Source: Owenia fusiformis
Lineage: Eukaryota
NCBI GenBank assembly: GCA_903813345.2
Contig: CAIIXF020000001.1
Location: forward strand, 14,384,001-14,448,000
Length of the DNA stretch: 64,000 nt
Reading direction: 5' to 3'
Shown: positions 37,660-51,888 of the stretch, in pieces
Layout of the letters: every line of letters begins with the position of its first letter
Numbering within the stretch: the stretch's first letter is position 1
The notes under the pieces: generated by a model
Databases searched by the model: none
What the model was told of the DNA's origin: nothing
The model's input: the letters and a program-made list of their open reading frames with translations, nothing else
Position numbers and translations under genes: made by a program

Positions 37660-38933
37660 ATATATTCTTTAATTTATGTTTTGAAAATAGCAAAATACCA
37701 AATGTTTGGCTTAGAACTATTATTTATCCTATACCTAAAGGAGGTAATAAAGATAAGCGTATACCTCTTACTAGGAATTAGCATATTATATTGTATATAT
37801 AAGCTTTATAGCATTGTGTATTAATAACAGACTTGTACAATTTTATGATTCAGAAGGTACTCTGGTTGATGAACAAAATGGCTTTAGACAAGGAAGATCG
37901 TGCAATGATCACATATTTTCTTTAAACTCCATTGTTCAAAATTCCATTTGCTGGGTTCATTGACCTCCAGAAGGCGTTTGATTTAGTCGACAGGAACCTC
38001 CTGTTTTATACTCTCCTTAAAAATGGCATTAATGGCAAAATTTATCATACAATTTAAAGTATGTAGTAGTACATGTACAAAGCAACAATGTCAGCAGTAA
38101 AGGTCAATGATTTACAGTCAGATAGGTTTGATACGTCATCAGGAGTACGTCAAGGTGATACATTATCTCCAAACTTATTTTCTTCGTTTTTAAATGGCCT
38201 TTTAAAGCTGATAAATGAATCAAAGCTGGAGTTGATGTAAATGTTAACACTAAGGTTACAGCATTAGAATATGCTATGACATTTCACCTAGCAAGCTCAG
38301 AGGTAAATTGACAACAGATCTTAGATATTGCATATAACTGGTGTAAAAGTGGCGGCTCTGTGTAAACATTGATAAGTCAAATATTGTACATTTTAGGCAC
38401 ACAACTGTTAAACTCTCAGAGTTCGACTTTAAACTTGGGAACTAGTCTTTAAAAATTGATAAAGATTACAAGTAACTTGGTATTATTTTTTAATGAACAT
38501 GGCAGCTTTGTAAAGAAAGCCACATCGTTGGTTGACTCTGCTGGTCATGCACTAGGCTCTGTGATTCAACGATGCAAAATGTCGAATGAGTTTGGTTATA
38601 AAACCTACACAAAATTATATAATACATGTGTTTTACCGATACTAGGTTATGGTGAAGGAGTTTGGGGATTTGACAAAAATGTTCATGATATCTGTAATAA
38701 TATTCATGCTTTTGTGCGGAGAAGGCAATTCTTTTACAACATGTGATATTGATTTTCGTGTCTTAATTTTGTATTTCCTGTTATTGTTAACAGCGGTTAA
38801 TAAGCCCAAGGTGAGCTGGGTAATATTGTAATTAATTTTTTAAAATATTTTATTGAGTTGTAATACTGACCACTATAAATAAATAAACTAAACTAAATTA
38901 AACTATCTAAACAAAACTAAACTAAACTAAACT
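37660..38933 (+). mobile_element. Degenerate non-LTR retrotransposon (reverse transcriptase region) with simple-repeat tail
   Basis: Frameshifted motifs IPNVWLRTIIYPIPKGG, DEQNGFRQGRSCNDHIF, FIDLQKAFDLVDR, GVRQGDTLSPNLF and a disrupted YADD. Ends in AATAAA plus (TAAAC)n at about 38877-38933. Confidence 0.88.
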
Positions 38934-39010
38934 ATTATAATATGAATGGTTCGGAAAATGGGTTTGCTAAACTTTTTTAAGGGGAAGGAAAATTGTATTG
39001 AGAGGAAATA

Positions 39011-39530
39011 AAAGGAGTGATATCGATATGGAGAACTTTTTGAACACACGTTTCTCTTAAACTAGTCATAAAAAATCTAAAAATTTAACACATCGTCAAT
39101 TTAATAGTCATCTTTTGAATGGTAACACACATCAAACACTTGTTTTGTGCTTGGTATCATGTTTCCAGAGTGAAATGAAACATCTTTCCGAACCTCATTG
39201 GAACAAAACGACATAAACACAACATGTTTAGGTCTCTCAATATTGTACTTGGACAAAGGAAATGTTGGTTGATTTAAAAAAAGTATCTTGTTAATGAAAT
39301 AAAAGGTTCATCTTGATTTTTATCTTTTTTTTTGGGGGGGGGGGCTGTTTTAATTTTTTGAATATTTTTTTAAATCAACCAAAAATACCTTTGTATAACT
39401 ATAATATTGAATATATAATATAACAGTCAACATTACATAAAATACCGTGTTTTTTACAGAATGTTTTCAATGATTGGTTTAAGAGAAAAACATTGTTGAA
39501 TTCAGTTCTCCATATCGATACCAATCCTTT
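39011..39530. mobile_element. MITE; truncated second copy at about 13824-14275
   Basis: TIRs AAAGGAGTGATATCGATATGGAGAACT / AGTTCTCCATATCGATACCAATCCTTT. Internal sequence (AACCTCATTGGAACAAAA, AAAAAAGTATCTTGTTAATGAAA) is shared with CCDC50 intron 13. Confidence 0.75.
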
Positions 39531-39803
39531 CCCATATTTTCTCTATGTGGTTATTAACATTTGTTTTAGAGAGAAAAATCACAAAACAAAAACTTCTCTA
39601 TAACTTCAAGGTATTGTAGAACTTCAGGAGGATTGTATATTAGCAGATAAATCGATATTACGTAGAAATGATTTTTATCAGTATAATCCATAACTAAGCG
39701 ATATAGCTGCGCATCTCAAGTTCATCACTGAATCCTCAGAGGCGCTTTGTCCAAATTCAATTCATCTATCTTTCATTCTATAAGTGTCAATGTCATCATG
39801 ACT

Positions 39804-41053
39804 CCACGATGCCCATGTCAAGCAGCGTGCAGTTTGAAACTCTGACAAACTGCGCGCATATTTCAAAATGTGAGACGGGGAGGACACGACTCCCAAAAAG
39901 AGCCAAAATACGAAAAATACAAGGTTAGTCTCGTTCTAAAGATAGTACCATTCTGTGAAGATGAACTTAATTTACTCATAGTACTCAATGTTTTTCCCGA
40001 TGTAAACCTAGTTATCTCAATATAAGGGTCTTAAGTAACTTCTGTGTTCAAAATTTACAGTGTGAAGTTATATCTATGTCTTTTTATCGTCATTTGCCGT
40101 TTATTCAGCCATTGTGTCTGTGTATGCTAGAATATATAGGATCACTCCATCTGATTAAATCAGCAAAGTTTGTATTCAAAACGATAATACGCCATAAACG
40201 TGATTTAAACATTTTTCTTGTCAAACTGCGCGCCTATATTCACTTGTATTTCCCAAACTGCGTGCCTAATATTTCCAAACTGCTTGCCTATCCAAGCTTG
40301 ATTTGTATTATTAGAAAACATAAGCGCCATACAAGGCACATATGTGTCTAATAGTAGAACCCCATAATTGAAACACTATGAGAGTCCATCCACCAAGATG
40401 GTGATCTGAAAATAAAAGTTTTTTTCGTTCCCAACTTGTCACTTCTATTATACATTTTGACTTTCAATATGAAAATATCATAAAATCTGACGATAAAGCA
40501 AAATTTCCAAAGCTACATGAAAAACACCTACACGTGCCTCTGTAGAAATTCCAATGATAATATATATGTAGTTTTAATAGTGTATGCGCACAGTTTGTAA
40601 TTTCTGGCTAAAATAGGCGCGCATTTGTGATTTATTTCTTTTTAATCTCCTGATTATCTGTTTTATCTCGAAATATTTTGAATGATAAATACATGATAAA
40701 TGTGTAAGGAATTAAATATAAAACGAGTCTAAAGTATTTGTCATTTATGTTTAAAGTGCTAGATCGATTTACGTATAAATTCCCGTTAAATCAGTGACGA
40801 AAATGCCATTAATCTGCTTATGTTTTACAACTTAGATTCATTTGCACATAGTTTTTGCTAGTATTTGCAAAATTCGTATATTCGCCACAGAATGAGCGCA
40901 TTGAACAAGAAAACAATGCAGGATAAATGTCTTTAAATTACGTTTCAAAATACAGACTCCAACTTAAATGATGCAATGTTCTTAGGCACGCAGTTTGTGA
41001 TCGAAACAAACTGCGCGCCTAAGTAGGCGCGCAGCTTGACATGGGCACCGTGG
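39804..41053. mobile_element. Non-autonomous DNA transposon, CMC/EnSpm-like
   Basis: ACT|CCACGATGCCCATGTCAAGCAGCG ... CGCAGCTTGACATGGGCACCGTGG|ACT (3-bp TSD). Many AAACTGCGCGCC motifs occur in both orientations. Confidence 0.8.
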
Positions 41054-42977
41054 ACTCTAAAGGTAAATGGAAATGCTGTATGATCATTGCATTTACCGCA
41101 CTGTCCTTAAGTACATTTGCCCTTTACTAACTTTGCCCAAGAATACCAACGAGACACCCAAACAATCATTTACCAAATGTAATCAACAGTTTGCATCTTG
41201 CCCTTAATAAAAGCACGCGCCAACTGCCACGATGCCAGTTATCAATGCACAGTGTGAACGTTCATACATGTGAAATTTCACTAGAAAGACGAACGATATA
41301 TAATCAGTGGAAATGTAAGTCTCAGCTGTTGCTTCTATGTGAGAATCCTCTAGGAATTCTTATCTTGCTCCAACACTCGCAAACGTTCTTATGAGAAAAT
41401 TGAAATTCACATTGCATTTAATTAGTGTTGCCAAATGATCACTTTGGGGCAATAACTACAAGTGAACCCATCGTTTGTCTTATTCTTAGTTCAGATTATG
41501 TAAGACAATATGAATCATAATTGGGGATGACGTAACTGCGAACTGCGAAAGAGATAATTGCAATTCGTTTGGTTTTATTCCATTAAGAATAAACGTTTCT
41601 CGATAATTTGTCAATATTGCTAGAGTATGTTGGATAAGACTACTTTCTACATCATATAAGTTCACTGTACTGGATTGATGACGTAAGTTATATCGACTAT
41701 ATTGGCTTAGCTATGTCAGTATAGTCTGGATTTAGGGGAAATGTCACCAGAACGTTTCATTTAGTGATAGACAATTTAAAAAATTAATCCGTGGCCGCAA
41801 GCGAATCTCAACTCTTTCGTTCATAAATTCAAGATGGCTACCGTGGTATCATGCAAAACTTCAACGAACGTACCATATCATATAACGTACCATTAAAGGC
41901 CCACTTTGCGTATTTTCAACATTTTTGGGCAAAATAAAGACTTGCATTTGAATGTCCAATGTATTGATAAGAACCCAATCTTTCATTTGACACCAACAAC
42001 AATCAATCCATAATACCCAAATCTAATCAGTACATAATTTGAAAAGTGTGTTCGAAGGTTTACAGACGAGATGCTAGGACAATAAATCGCCTTAAAGTTT
42101 TCCTAGATATGGCCAAAATTTGATCAGTTCTAAACGTTCTTATCAAGAAATAATTAAATTTTTTTTTAGATCAATCCATAAATCGGTTTAGCTTACATGT
42201 AGACAAGACTATATACCAGTCATAAGAAAACCAAACCTCATATATCCCACCCATATATCCCAAAACTATGATCTAACCTTAAAAGAAACGATGTCAAATA
42301 CCCCCCTTCCCCTACCATTCAAGAACCAATAATCACAATCCAAGACCAGAACACCAAGGTTCATTTTCATGAAATCATGACAATACATTTTATAAATAAA
42401 AATTAGAAATTTCTAGCCATACAAGATGGAGCATTCAGTTTCAAACGATGTGGGATTGACAAATTGCCAGTTTTAAGTCAATTGGATCAACATCCATTCA
42501 GATAAAACACAATATTTCATAATAGTCATCAGGATTTTAGGACGAAAAATCCAAAATGTCCGTCTTAGCTTTTACCTAGAGTGCCCAAATCTAATCAGTT
42601 CTAAATTTTCATTCCAAGAAGCATCAATAGAAATTGGAAGCCAATCCATAAATCGACTTGGCTTGAAACATGTTGACCTCCAGACAAAAACTTAGGAACT
42701 TAGAAAACTCAGTAGGTTCAAAATCTAATCAGTACTAGATTCTCATCCAAAGAAACATCCACACAAATTCCTCCAACGGTGGAAACACGTAGACACTTAG
42801 ATTCACCAAGAACTGATCACCATAGCAACCCAAGGGTGTGATGACAAGGATGCGATTGTGAATAACTCCACTTTTTAAATTATTTCCTTTTAAAAGAAGA
42901 TTTGAGGTATTGGAAATATAGAGATTGTACATGAAAAATGAGGATTTAGGGTTGCCACAAGCAAAAGGGAGTATGTA

Positions 42978-43754
42978 CACTCCCGTTTCAAAAGTTTGGG
43001 AACCTTAGCTCCTTCATTGAACTACGTGTTAAAGCCTCATGTTTGAATTTTAATTTACATAACTGCGAGAAAAATACTTTAAATATTGATGGAAATGTAA
43101 TTTGACTTCATTTCCAATGGCTCCAGATTTTCCCACTTTTTTCCTCGATTACAAGGTCGAAAATTGATGATAAATCTGATAACTTTTTGAAAATCAACAT
43201 TCTCATGTACATGTAAACCAATGGAAAATGGTAGGTTTGCCGCAAGTCAAATGAAAGAATATCTATCAATCCGAATTCTTGCTAAAAATACAAGTCAAAA
43301 TTATTTTTCAAAAACTGCTCCCATTGAAATAACACAAGAGGCGGAAAATGATTTTCAAAAATGACTTTGAAGCTCTGTAACTTTAGTATTCATAAAGTAA
43401 ACCGAACGCTTAGCATACAAAAAGTTAGACAATTCAATTTTCTATATACTTTTTGTTGGTGAATCTTTTACTGGACAGATATCCTAAAATCAGATTTACC
43501 CCGAACCCACCACTTCCCATTGGTTTATATGGACATAACGACAAAAATTCATTAAAATCATCATTTTCGAACTATTGTAATTGAGAAACAATTTTGGAAA
43601 ATTTGGAGGCATTGGAAATGAAGTCAAATTACATTTCCATCAATATTATAAGTATTTTGTTTACAGGTCATGTAAATAAAAATTCAAACGTAAAGAGGCT
43701 TTAACACGTAGTTCAATGAGGGAGCTAAGGTTCCCGAACTTATGGAGGGGAGTG
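42978..43754. mobile_element. Tc1-like MITE with about 145-bp TIRs
   Basis: TA|CACTCCC...GGGAACCTTAGCTCCTTCATTGAACTACGTGTTAAAGCCTC and its reverse complement ending GGGAGTG|TA. Confidence 0.88.
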
Positions 43755-45228
43755 TATCTCGAGGTAATCAATGGCTTTCCAAACTAATGCAGGGGAGTGT
43801 ACTTTGCGAATTGTTTAAAAAGCGAAACAATTACTTACTTTTATTTTTAATATCTTGATACAGTGTTTGGTTTGGAATTGGAATATAAAATGATCAGACA
43901 ATGGTTTTATGCAAGATATATGATATGTTAAAATGTAATTAATTTAGTATTCTACGAAGTTGGTGAGTCGCTGGTTCGAAGACGGAAGCCCCATCTGTAT
44001 CTGATCGATATTTAATCTCTTTCATCCGCCATTTCTGCTATAAAAGCCTAAAAGAAAATCCCCCAAACAAAATCCTATTATCTTTAAACCCATCCGTATG
44101 CTCTAAAAGTTTGCTGATATCAAATCCATCATTATTTGCTCAAGCAAATATTTGCTCTTTGTTTTCCAGTCGGGATTTCTTTATTGATCCTGCAGATACA
44201 TCTTCTGATATATCTGTTTCACCAAAAATACCAGTTACAAAGGGTCGATTTACTTTCCAAGTACGCACCACGAGTTTAAGACGATGATGCTATCCAACAA
44301 GTTTTTTATAATAACAGTGAAAGTCAGGTAGATTCCGAGAAATATGGCCATCTTGAATAAGTGTTATACTGTAGAACTTCATACATTTTAGATACTTTTT
44401 TTGACGTTATCCTTTACTTGGTACACTTGGTAAACCTCTCATTAAATAACCTCTATATATCAAGGACAATTTAAATTTCACCAAAACGGTTTATTTAGAG
44501 ATTTAAAATCAAAACTATTTAAAGTACGAGTAACTATGTATCTAAATTGGATTCTGGCCAATATAACATTACTTCTTTGATGTTCCAAAAGGTGGCAGGG
44601 TTTATCGGAAATGCCTATTGAAAGCGGGAAGCAGACTTTTTTGAAATAAACTTCTGGGGAAAAACTTGATGAGATATAATATTGAAAGATGGCAGCTCAT
44701 TGGACATGAAAATCACTTCAGTCTAAAAAATCAACGTTCAACATGACCAGCTCTTGTACCATACCATTTTATTACCCCCCGGGTATTACCCCTAGGATGT
44801 ATACCAAGGATCCGGTGTGAAGGAAATTATGGTCCCCTGGGGATTATGGTCCCCTTTCCATACGTCCCTTACTGGCCCTGACTGTGTATAAATAATAAAG
44901 GAAATAATTGTAATTAGGTCACCATATAAATCAATAGAGAGTATGACCAACATTTGATAGGACGACCTACCCTTTTACACCTGGCCAGGGGTGTACTACA
45001 GGTTATTGGATGTAAAGATACAACCTTGGTTTTATGTTTAATAAAGATGTCGCATAGTTCAATTGTCTTACTTCAAAAAGCATGGTACTGTATATTCACG
45101 AAAGCAAAGATGGTCCAAACCATGGCTACATTTCCTTTCTTAATGCATGAATTGCAATTTGTTGAGGAGATATTGTTTAATTTTTAGTGTGTATTTGTTT
45201 GTTTGGAACTGGTTTTCAAAGCAAGATG

Positions 45229-45356
45229 CAGGCCCATAGCCAGGATTTGCCAATGAAGGGAGGGGGGACACTTTTTAAAAAATTCCAGGGGATTCACTTT
45301 TGACAACTTTGGCCCAAAAAGGGTCAAAATCACCACCCCCCTGGCTACGGGCCCTG
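45229..45356. mobile_element. hAT-like MITE
   Basis: CAGGCCCATAGCCAGG ... CCTGGCTACGGGCCCTG termini; TSD not preserved. Confidence 0.55.
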
Positions 45357-46289
45357 AGATTTGTATTGCCGTTCCCAAATATGCGTCAATTGAGGATAGC
45401 TCAAATGAAGCTTTGGGGTGTTTTACTCTAAATTGTATACAAAAATTGCCATACAGACGTATCACACTTTTTACAACAAGGTTTTAATGTTCCTAAAATA
45501 CTCTCTCCCCTGGCATCGCTGATGCTGTGTTATGAAGTATGGTTTTAAAGACACTATACATAACATTTTGGATTGTAACAATGAGATCGATAAGTAAAGA
45601 GCAATGGAAAAAGTGGGTTTCGTCAATTTATCACACATTCAATTTTACAGTGCATCTGTTCGATCAATTTTGTATAGCAGCCAATGGGATTTCATAACAT
45701 ACAAATACCTCCTGTAAATCAAGGTTCAAATTATCAGTTAATTAATACAGTCGATATGTTACGACATGCGCAAAGCTCTATTTAGTGATATTTTAATTTC
45801 AAATATGGCGGCCAATCCGATGTCTTACAACCCTTACAAAGAATCTAGACAGTGTGCATTTTACCTCCTGTGAAATAACAAGTGGAATTTAGTAGTTGTT
45901 TTGTGTTTTATTATCATTCTGCATCGTAATTCTATGTGATGTGGTGTTCAACTGTCTGCAGAAATACATATCCATACGATAATCGAATGAATTAGATAAC
46001 AGATTTTTCGAAAACCCGTCTCCTGCTAAGAGTGTAAAAACGTGTATCAACATGCTCAAAAGTGCCAATGGGCACATCAATGTCAAGCTAAATCAAAGTT
46101 GTGTCTAAAACAGGTACCTGATCCACTCAAAACAGCTTGTCATTCACGTATACACGCTTAGCAAACATGGCGAAATGATCTGAATCTTGGAATTTCGTTC
46201 GAGAGATAGCTAGTAATGTTTGCTGCGGTCTTCGTCATAAGTTTTCATCAGAGTTCACGCATGCTCAGGAGAAAACCATAAACCATAAC

Positions 46290-46536
46290 AAGAGGAGGGA
46301 AAACCCCATGATTCAATTGATGACACACGATTTCCTCCTTCGCGCACCTCCTTTCCCGGAAGTACGTATCTTTATACTTACCCCTATCTTGGTTTTCAAT
46401 TAAAGTTTTGAAATTGACCTCGTTTTAAACCAATCAACGATCGAATCGCTAAACCAATCAGCGACGATGTCTTCTCAATACAGATTTACATTATAAGCGT
46501 ATGTCATCTTTGAACCCTGGGGTTTCTCCCCCTCTT
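46290..46536. mobile_element. Mutator-like MITE
   Basis: 9-bp TSD AACCATAAC (46281-46289, 46537-46545); TIRs AAGAGGAGGGAAAACCCCA...GATGAC / GTCATC...TGGGGTTTCTCCCCCTCTT. Confidence 0.8.
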
Positions 46537-47852
46537 AACCATAACGTTTATAAATCAATTTTGCGCATGCGCCGTACAAGGGTAAAGGAATTCGTATTTA
46601 TAAACGAACCAATTTGAGATAACCCGATATCAGTCGGAGAAATATGACGATCTACGAAACTCACTTCAAAAAATCAAATGCGGACTGACGGCGTATTCTA
46701 CTATGTTTGGATCTAAGATTTTCAGTATAGATAAAGTCTTTTATGATCTTTCGAATGAGGTAAGTCTCTAGTTCGAAAGAGAATCGTATCAACTTTAACA
46801 TGCGCAGAAGTCCCATTTTTGTTGTACCATATTGACTGAATAAGATAGCGAGAGTGAGGATCTTTCGAAATAATGCAGCAACAAACCCCGGGCAAGAAAC
46901 AGTCGGTAGAATAACATCTTCATTCCGTACAATAGTTGTTTATAGATATTTAACAGGCTTTTTATGTTTCATAGAAATAATGTATGACAACCGCTCATGG
47001 CCCTTTTCTCAAGATGTAAGCTTTTCTTGAGATGAAAGCTTTTGAATATATGATCTCAATAGATTCGAGGATTCGATTGGTTGCAATTAGAGAATTTTCC
47101 AATTTTTTGTCAATGTCACACATCCTTTGTTCAAAGGACTTCATTTATGTGTAAATTGAATGTACTTGTAAAATACCCTTGCAGCAAGGATGATTTAACA
47201 TGTATCTCGATGGACCAAAATTTATTTTCTAAATAGTAATTATACCACTAATCTGATTTCGAAGGGCAACACAGTGAAATCTTGGTCCAAGGCCACTCGG
47301 CCTGAGGGCCAGGATTTCAATATGCTGCCTTCTGAAATGATGTTATTAGTATTATAAACACCTACTAATTAGATTCAGCTGGCCACAATTACGCGGAAGT
47401 TGATTTTCATTAAAATGTAGTGTTCTCCGGTTGGGCCTTGAACTTGGTCATTTGCGAGTTTGTTTTTCTTTTTTTTGTCAAATCTATCTCTGGAACGATT
47501 AAAAGTCTAAGATAACGGATAAGATAACACTACGTTCCTGATAGATAAGAACTCTTAAAAATTTCCCACCTTTGATAATTTGCCACTTGCATCTTACAGC
47601 GTTGTTCTCCATGTTTATAAATTGGTTAATTTAACACTTCAAAGTACATTTGAACAGTTATCTAATATGTTTAAGAATATCCCATATTTTACAATCAAGA
47701 TCTTTGAAGACGTCAGTTATGATAAAGCTGATTAATAATCGTTCTAATTATCTGTCATGGGCATTTTTAAACTAATATATCGCTCATCATGATCAAAAAC
47801 TTTTCATCAAGCATATTGTTAATATGAAAACATATGATCAAATCCTATAAGG

Positions 47853-47912
47853 GCTGATGTGAAAAAGTCACTCCACCCTGGTCGGAATCGAACCCAAAAC
47901 CTCCCGATTGTC
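47853..47912 (-). mobile_element. tRNA-derived SINE head; related copy at about 1628-1695
   Basis: Minus-strand B-box GGTTCGATTCC followed by GACTTTTTCACATCAGC. 1628-1670 has GGTTCAGTCCC followed by GACTTTTTTCATATCAGC. No complete cloverleaf. Confidence 0.5.
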
Positions 47913-50900
47913 ATATATTTTAGGGTTAAGGGTCCCGACGTGTTCTAGCCTATAAAAGTGGATTTATTAGATATATATTATTAGCAATCAAATTGTAAAT
48001 GAGACCAGAGGAAAACGGGATACAGCTTACCGCCGGGGTAATGAAGGACATCCCGGACAAGACGAAACAAGCGCCCCTTCTTCAGGCGGTATGATTATTT
48101 AATTAATATATACTTGCACTTGAAGTATTTAATATTTGAAGTCGCATTACCTTAGATAATAAACATATCATCAATATCCTTTTTTTGCTTTCGAGCAAAA
48201 TCTCTCCAGAGGACACAGTATAAAGCATGAATAATAGTGGGCAAATGGTTTTCCCGAACAGACCAAAGGAGGCGTTCTCTACTGTAAAGGTATCGAGGTA
48301 AATATGATCACTCTACAATCTCTAGGGTCTCTAGTCTGAGCTGTTTCATCTATTTGTATACCTTCTAGACTTTCAAGAGTCTCTTGAAAGTCCATGATCA
48401 GATTAAGGCTAAGAATATTCGACTTTGGAGTTTCATGGTCAATGACTGAGAATCTGCGCAAAGACCCACGCTTTTCCAACACGGACGTTACGTATATATC
48501 ACTATGCAGCAGGGTGACAGGTGTTTAATCAACTCCGACTGACTTATCGCCGTTATAACGATTGATAAGTAGGAAGGGGACCCCATGAAAATGAATGATG
48601 GAAAAAATTAACTACATGCACGCTAGTATGAATAGGTATTTAACTTTTGATGGGATTTAGACTTAGTCGGCCACAATCATACGGAAGTAAGTCTACCTCT
48701 GCTGAAATGATTCCACGGGTGATAGTTCCGCCATTTCACGTTCCACCTACTTATAGATCACACTCAGTTCCTGATAGATAAAATATATTATAGGAATATC
48801 CTATGGTCTTGAAAAATATCATTTATATCCATGAGTGGATGTTGATATCTGCATGAGCGAGCGCACCGAATAAGTGAAGAATTGATATTTTTGAAAAACC
48901 ATAGGATTGTCTGTTTATCCGATGGGAAATCATTACCCAGCGAAAAAATGTTGAAAAAATGTTTTTTTTATTTGTTTTTGAAAAAAAATCTTGAAAAATT
49001 AAAAAATCGAGGCCATCGAATATCACTTTTTGAAACCATCAGATATCCTTTTTTTGCTAAAATACATAATCCAGGTCCACATGTTAAATATAGCTTCACG
49101 TGAGATTCGATATTTATCCTTGTAACCATGGGACAATAGATGAAAGAGCTTATAATAGATGATATATCCTCCACGTAATAATTTACCACGTCCAAAATGT
49201 CAAGCTCATTATCTTACCTTGATACAATGATAATGTTAACAAAAATTATTGAAGGATTAAGGGGGTTTCTCATTAGACGCCGATGACTTATTTGTGATTT
49301 GAATGACTCCACATACAGGAGTGTGGACTGACCTTGATGACATCATCCTGCCGTATCTGTATGTTTACCATTCAGTCAACATGAATGGGGGGTGGGGGGG
49401 GGGGGGGGGTAGGGGGGTGGGGAGGGGGGATTTGGCCTTCGGCCACGCAATCCGGCATCCCCGAGTGTGCGTACCAACTCAAAATATTGACAGGGGGGGG
49501 GGGGATTTCCCAAAGATGACCTTTCGTATTGGCACGTTCGAAAACGTGAGTATATACTCTACAAGTATGGATCGAGTAACTTCAATAGTATTACCGTAGG
49601 TTTGAAATGATGATGTTGAACTGATGTTAACGCCATTCCCGATTTCAAATTTAACTTTGCGCAAAGGCAGCACTGAGAGAGCACGTGCTCATGATTGTTC
49701 AGGTGATCACATCAGGTGCAATTTGATTGGAGATGATGCGGGAAATGACGTAATGGGGAATCCACATGACTTATAAATGGAGAATCAAAATCAAAGATGA
49801 GAAATTCTGTTTTAATTGAAGTTCAGTGAAGGTCTTGCAGATTTAGTTTAGCTTTGAAATTGTACATCTTAAGCTCGGGGAGTTGATATTACAGCTTAGT
49901 AAGAAATATATTAGCAACATAACGCTTCTTACATTTGAACAATTATATTTGTTCTTAAATATTCCATAGTTTAATTACAATCAAGATCTTTCACCAAGAC
50001 GTCAGTTATGATATAGCTGATTGCTTGAGTAATCTCCTTGATGATCTGACTTAGCATTTAAAAAACTGATGGATAGCTCAACATGCTTAAAACATCCACA
50101 GCATGTATTATGCATTGGGCGAATGTTCGGTGTGTTTAAATGTCAGTTTCCTGTTCATGGAGTTTCTTCACCAGCAAAAACAAGGATACGCATAGAAAAA
50201 TAACTTTTTATAGAACTAATCCATCGACAGAGGCAATAAACAATACACAATGTGTTTCTATAGATCGATCGATCTAAGAAGCTGGATGAGCAAATATTAT
50301 CCAACTGATGCATCAACCTGTAGCATCTTCAGAATTATTCAGAACAATTACATATATTTACACTTTGAATCACCTATGTCACATACCAGATCATACATAA
50401 ATAAATGGCGCACAATATTTGCCCAGTACACCCTGTACTACCGATGAGCCCACTCGATGGTCTTTTCACGTATTTTCTAAATCCCAAACTCCGTAAAACA
50501 CTTTATCCATGTTATTGATGGGAAAAATACAAAGAACAAGTAAGACTAAAATATGAAACCTAAAAGCAATGCTATTTTCATAGATGTTACTGGTATTTCA
50601 CCTTGGAAATAGCACCCTCGCAAAAACAAACATGCCTGATTGATTTCATTCTGAACTTGATTAACCCAAACTAACATGGCATTATTTGGTTCTGGAATGA
50701 ATATGCTGGTCATTGACCTGAAAATATCTCGCATACAAGAACTAGTTCACAAATGTTTTTGTGCAAATTGAAATAAGACTCACAACGGATTCTTTTTCTT
50801 TTTTATACAACGCATTACCCCGAATGCAGAGGTTAGTTCTAAACTTATGAAGCCATTTTCTGAAAAGTTAATCCAAACAAAGGAAACGGTGGCTTAAAAT

Positions 50901-50996
50901 CACAATACCAATAAACAACCTCTTAGAAATTACAATTAAAAGTGAAAATATAACAGCTATTAAAGTTTTACCAAACTCCAACTGTTTATATGACGT

Positions 50997-51888
50997 GCAC
51001 GGACCTGGGGACAATTCGGGAAATACGGGCTAATCTCAGCTTTAAGCGTTAATATCTGGCTTATTTAAAAAGCTAACCATGTCCATTATATATCATATTG
51101 AAGTATTTTTTATTCGCATTTCACTGAAATTATTTTTCCTTGAAAAGTGTGATGGGATCTACCATACTTTTGAAGTTAAATGTACTCCGACATCGTCAAA
51201 TACGCTGTAAGGCGTAACATTTCACGCTTACACGGTTCGTTGAAATCGGGATTACTTTTGAAATACTGATCAGAATTTTACTAAAATTTCACATTTTATT
51301 CATTAAAACATGTGCTTTTATGACGTCACAATTGCCTAGCGGCTACAGTTCAAATCGTCTTATATGAACGCTTTTAAGATTTCCAAAATTGTGTAAGGTT
51401 TTGAAGGCGAAGGAGACAAGCAATAAGTTTACCTTTATTTAACCTTCTAATTTAGGTCTGATTTCCAAAAAAAATTAACTGCACAATATTGTCATGGCGA
51501 AATTTACAAAACAATAACTGATTTCTTTATTTTTCAAATAATAAGAGAATAAGAGTTGCTTTTAGAGACTTGAAAAAATGTAACGCATCGACTTTTTACC
51601 ACAAATCCAATACACATCAATTTTTACTAACGCCCCGAGTGGATTTCCTGACCGTTTTTCAAAAATCAAAAACATTTTAGCAATATTGTCCTCGAGATCT
51701 TGTTGCTCTGTGAATTTTACCAGGATGGAATAAGAATAAAGCACCTTATTTTTAGGTTGACTAAACTTGACAAAATGTAACGCTTGTCGTTTTTGACGTT
51801 ATAATGCTGATTGCGCCCTATACTGCCCATTGTATTGTTTTGGAATTTTGACGCCATAATGTTACTCTAATTGTCCCCAGTTTCGTGC
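50997..51888. mobile_element. Non-autonomous DNA transposon with 5-bp TSD (Transib-like)
   Basis: GACGT|GCACGGACCTGGGGACAATT ... AATTGTCCCCAGTTTCGTGC|GACGT. Confidence 0.8.

Noticed and set aside
47853..47912. tRNA gene
   Set aside because: Only a B-box/T-arm-like portion is present with no full cloverleaf; more consistent with a SINE head.
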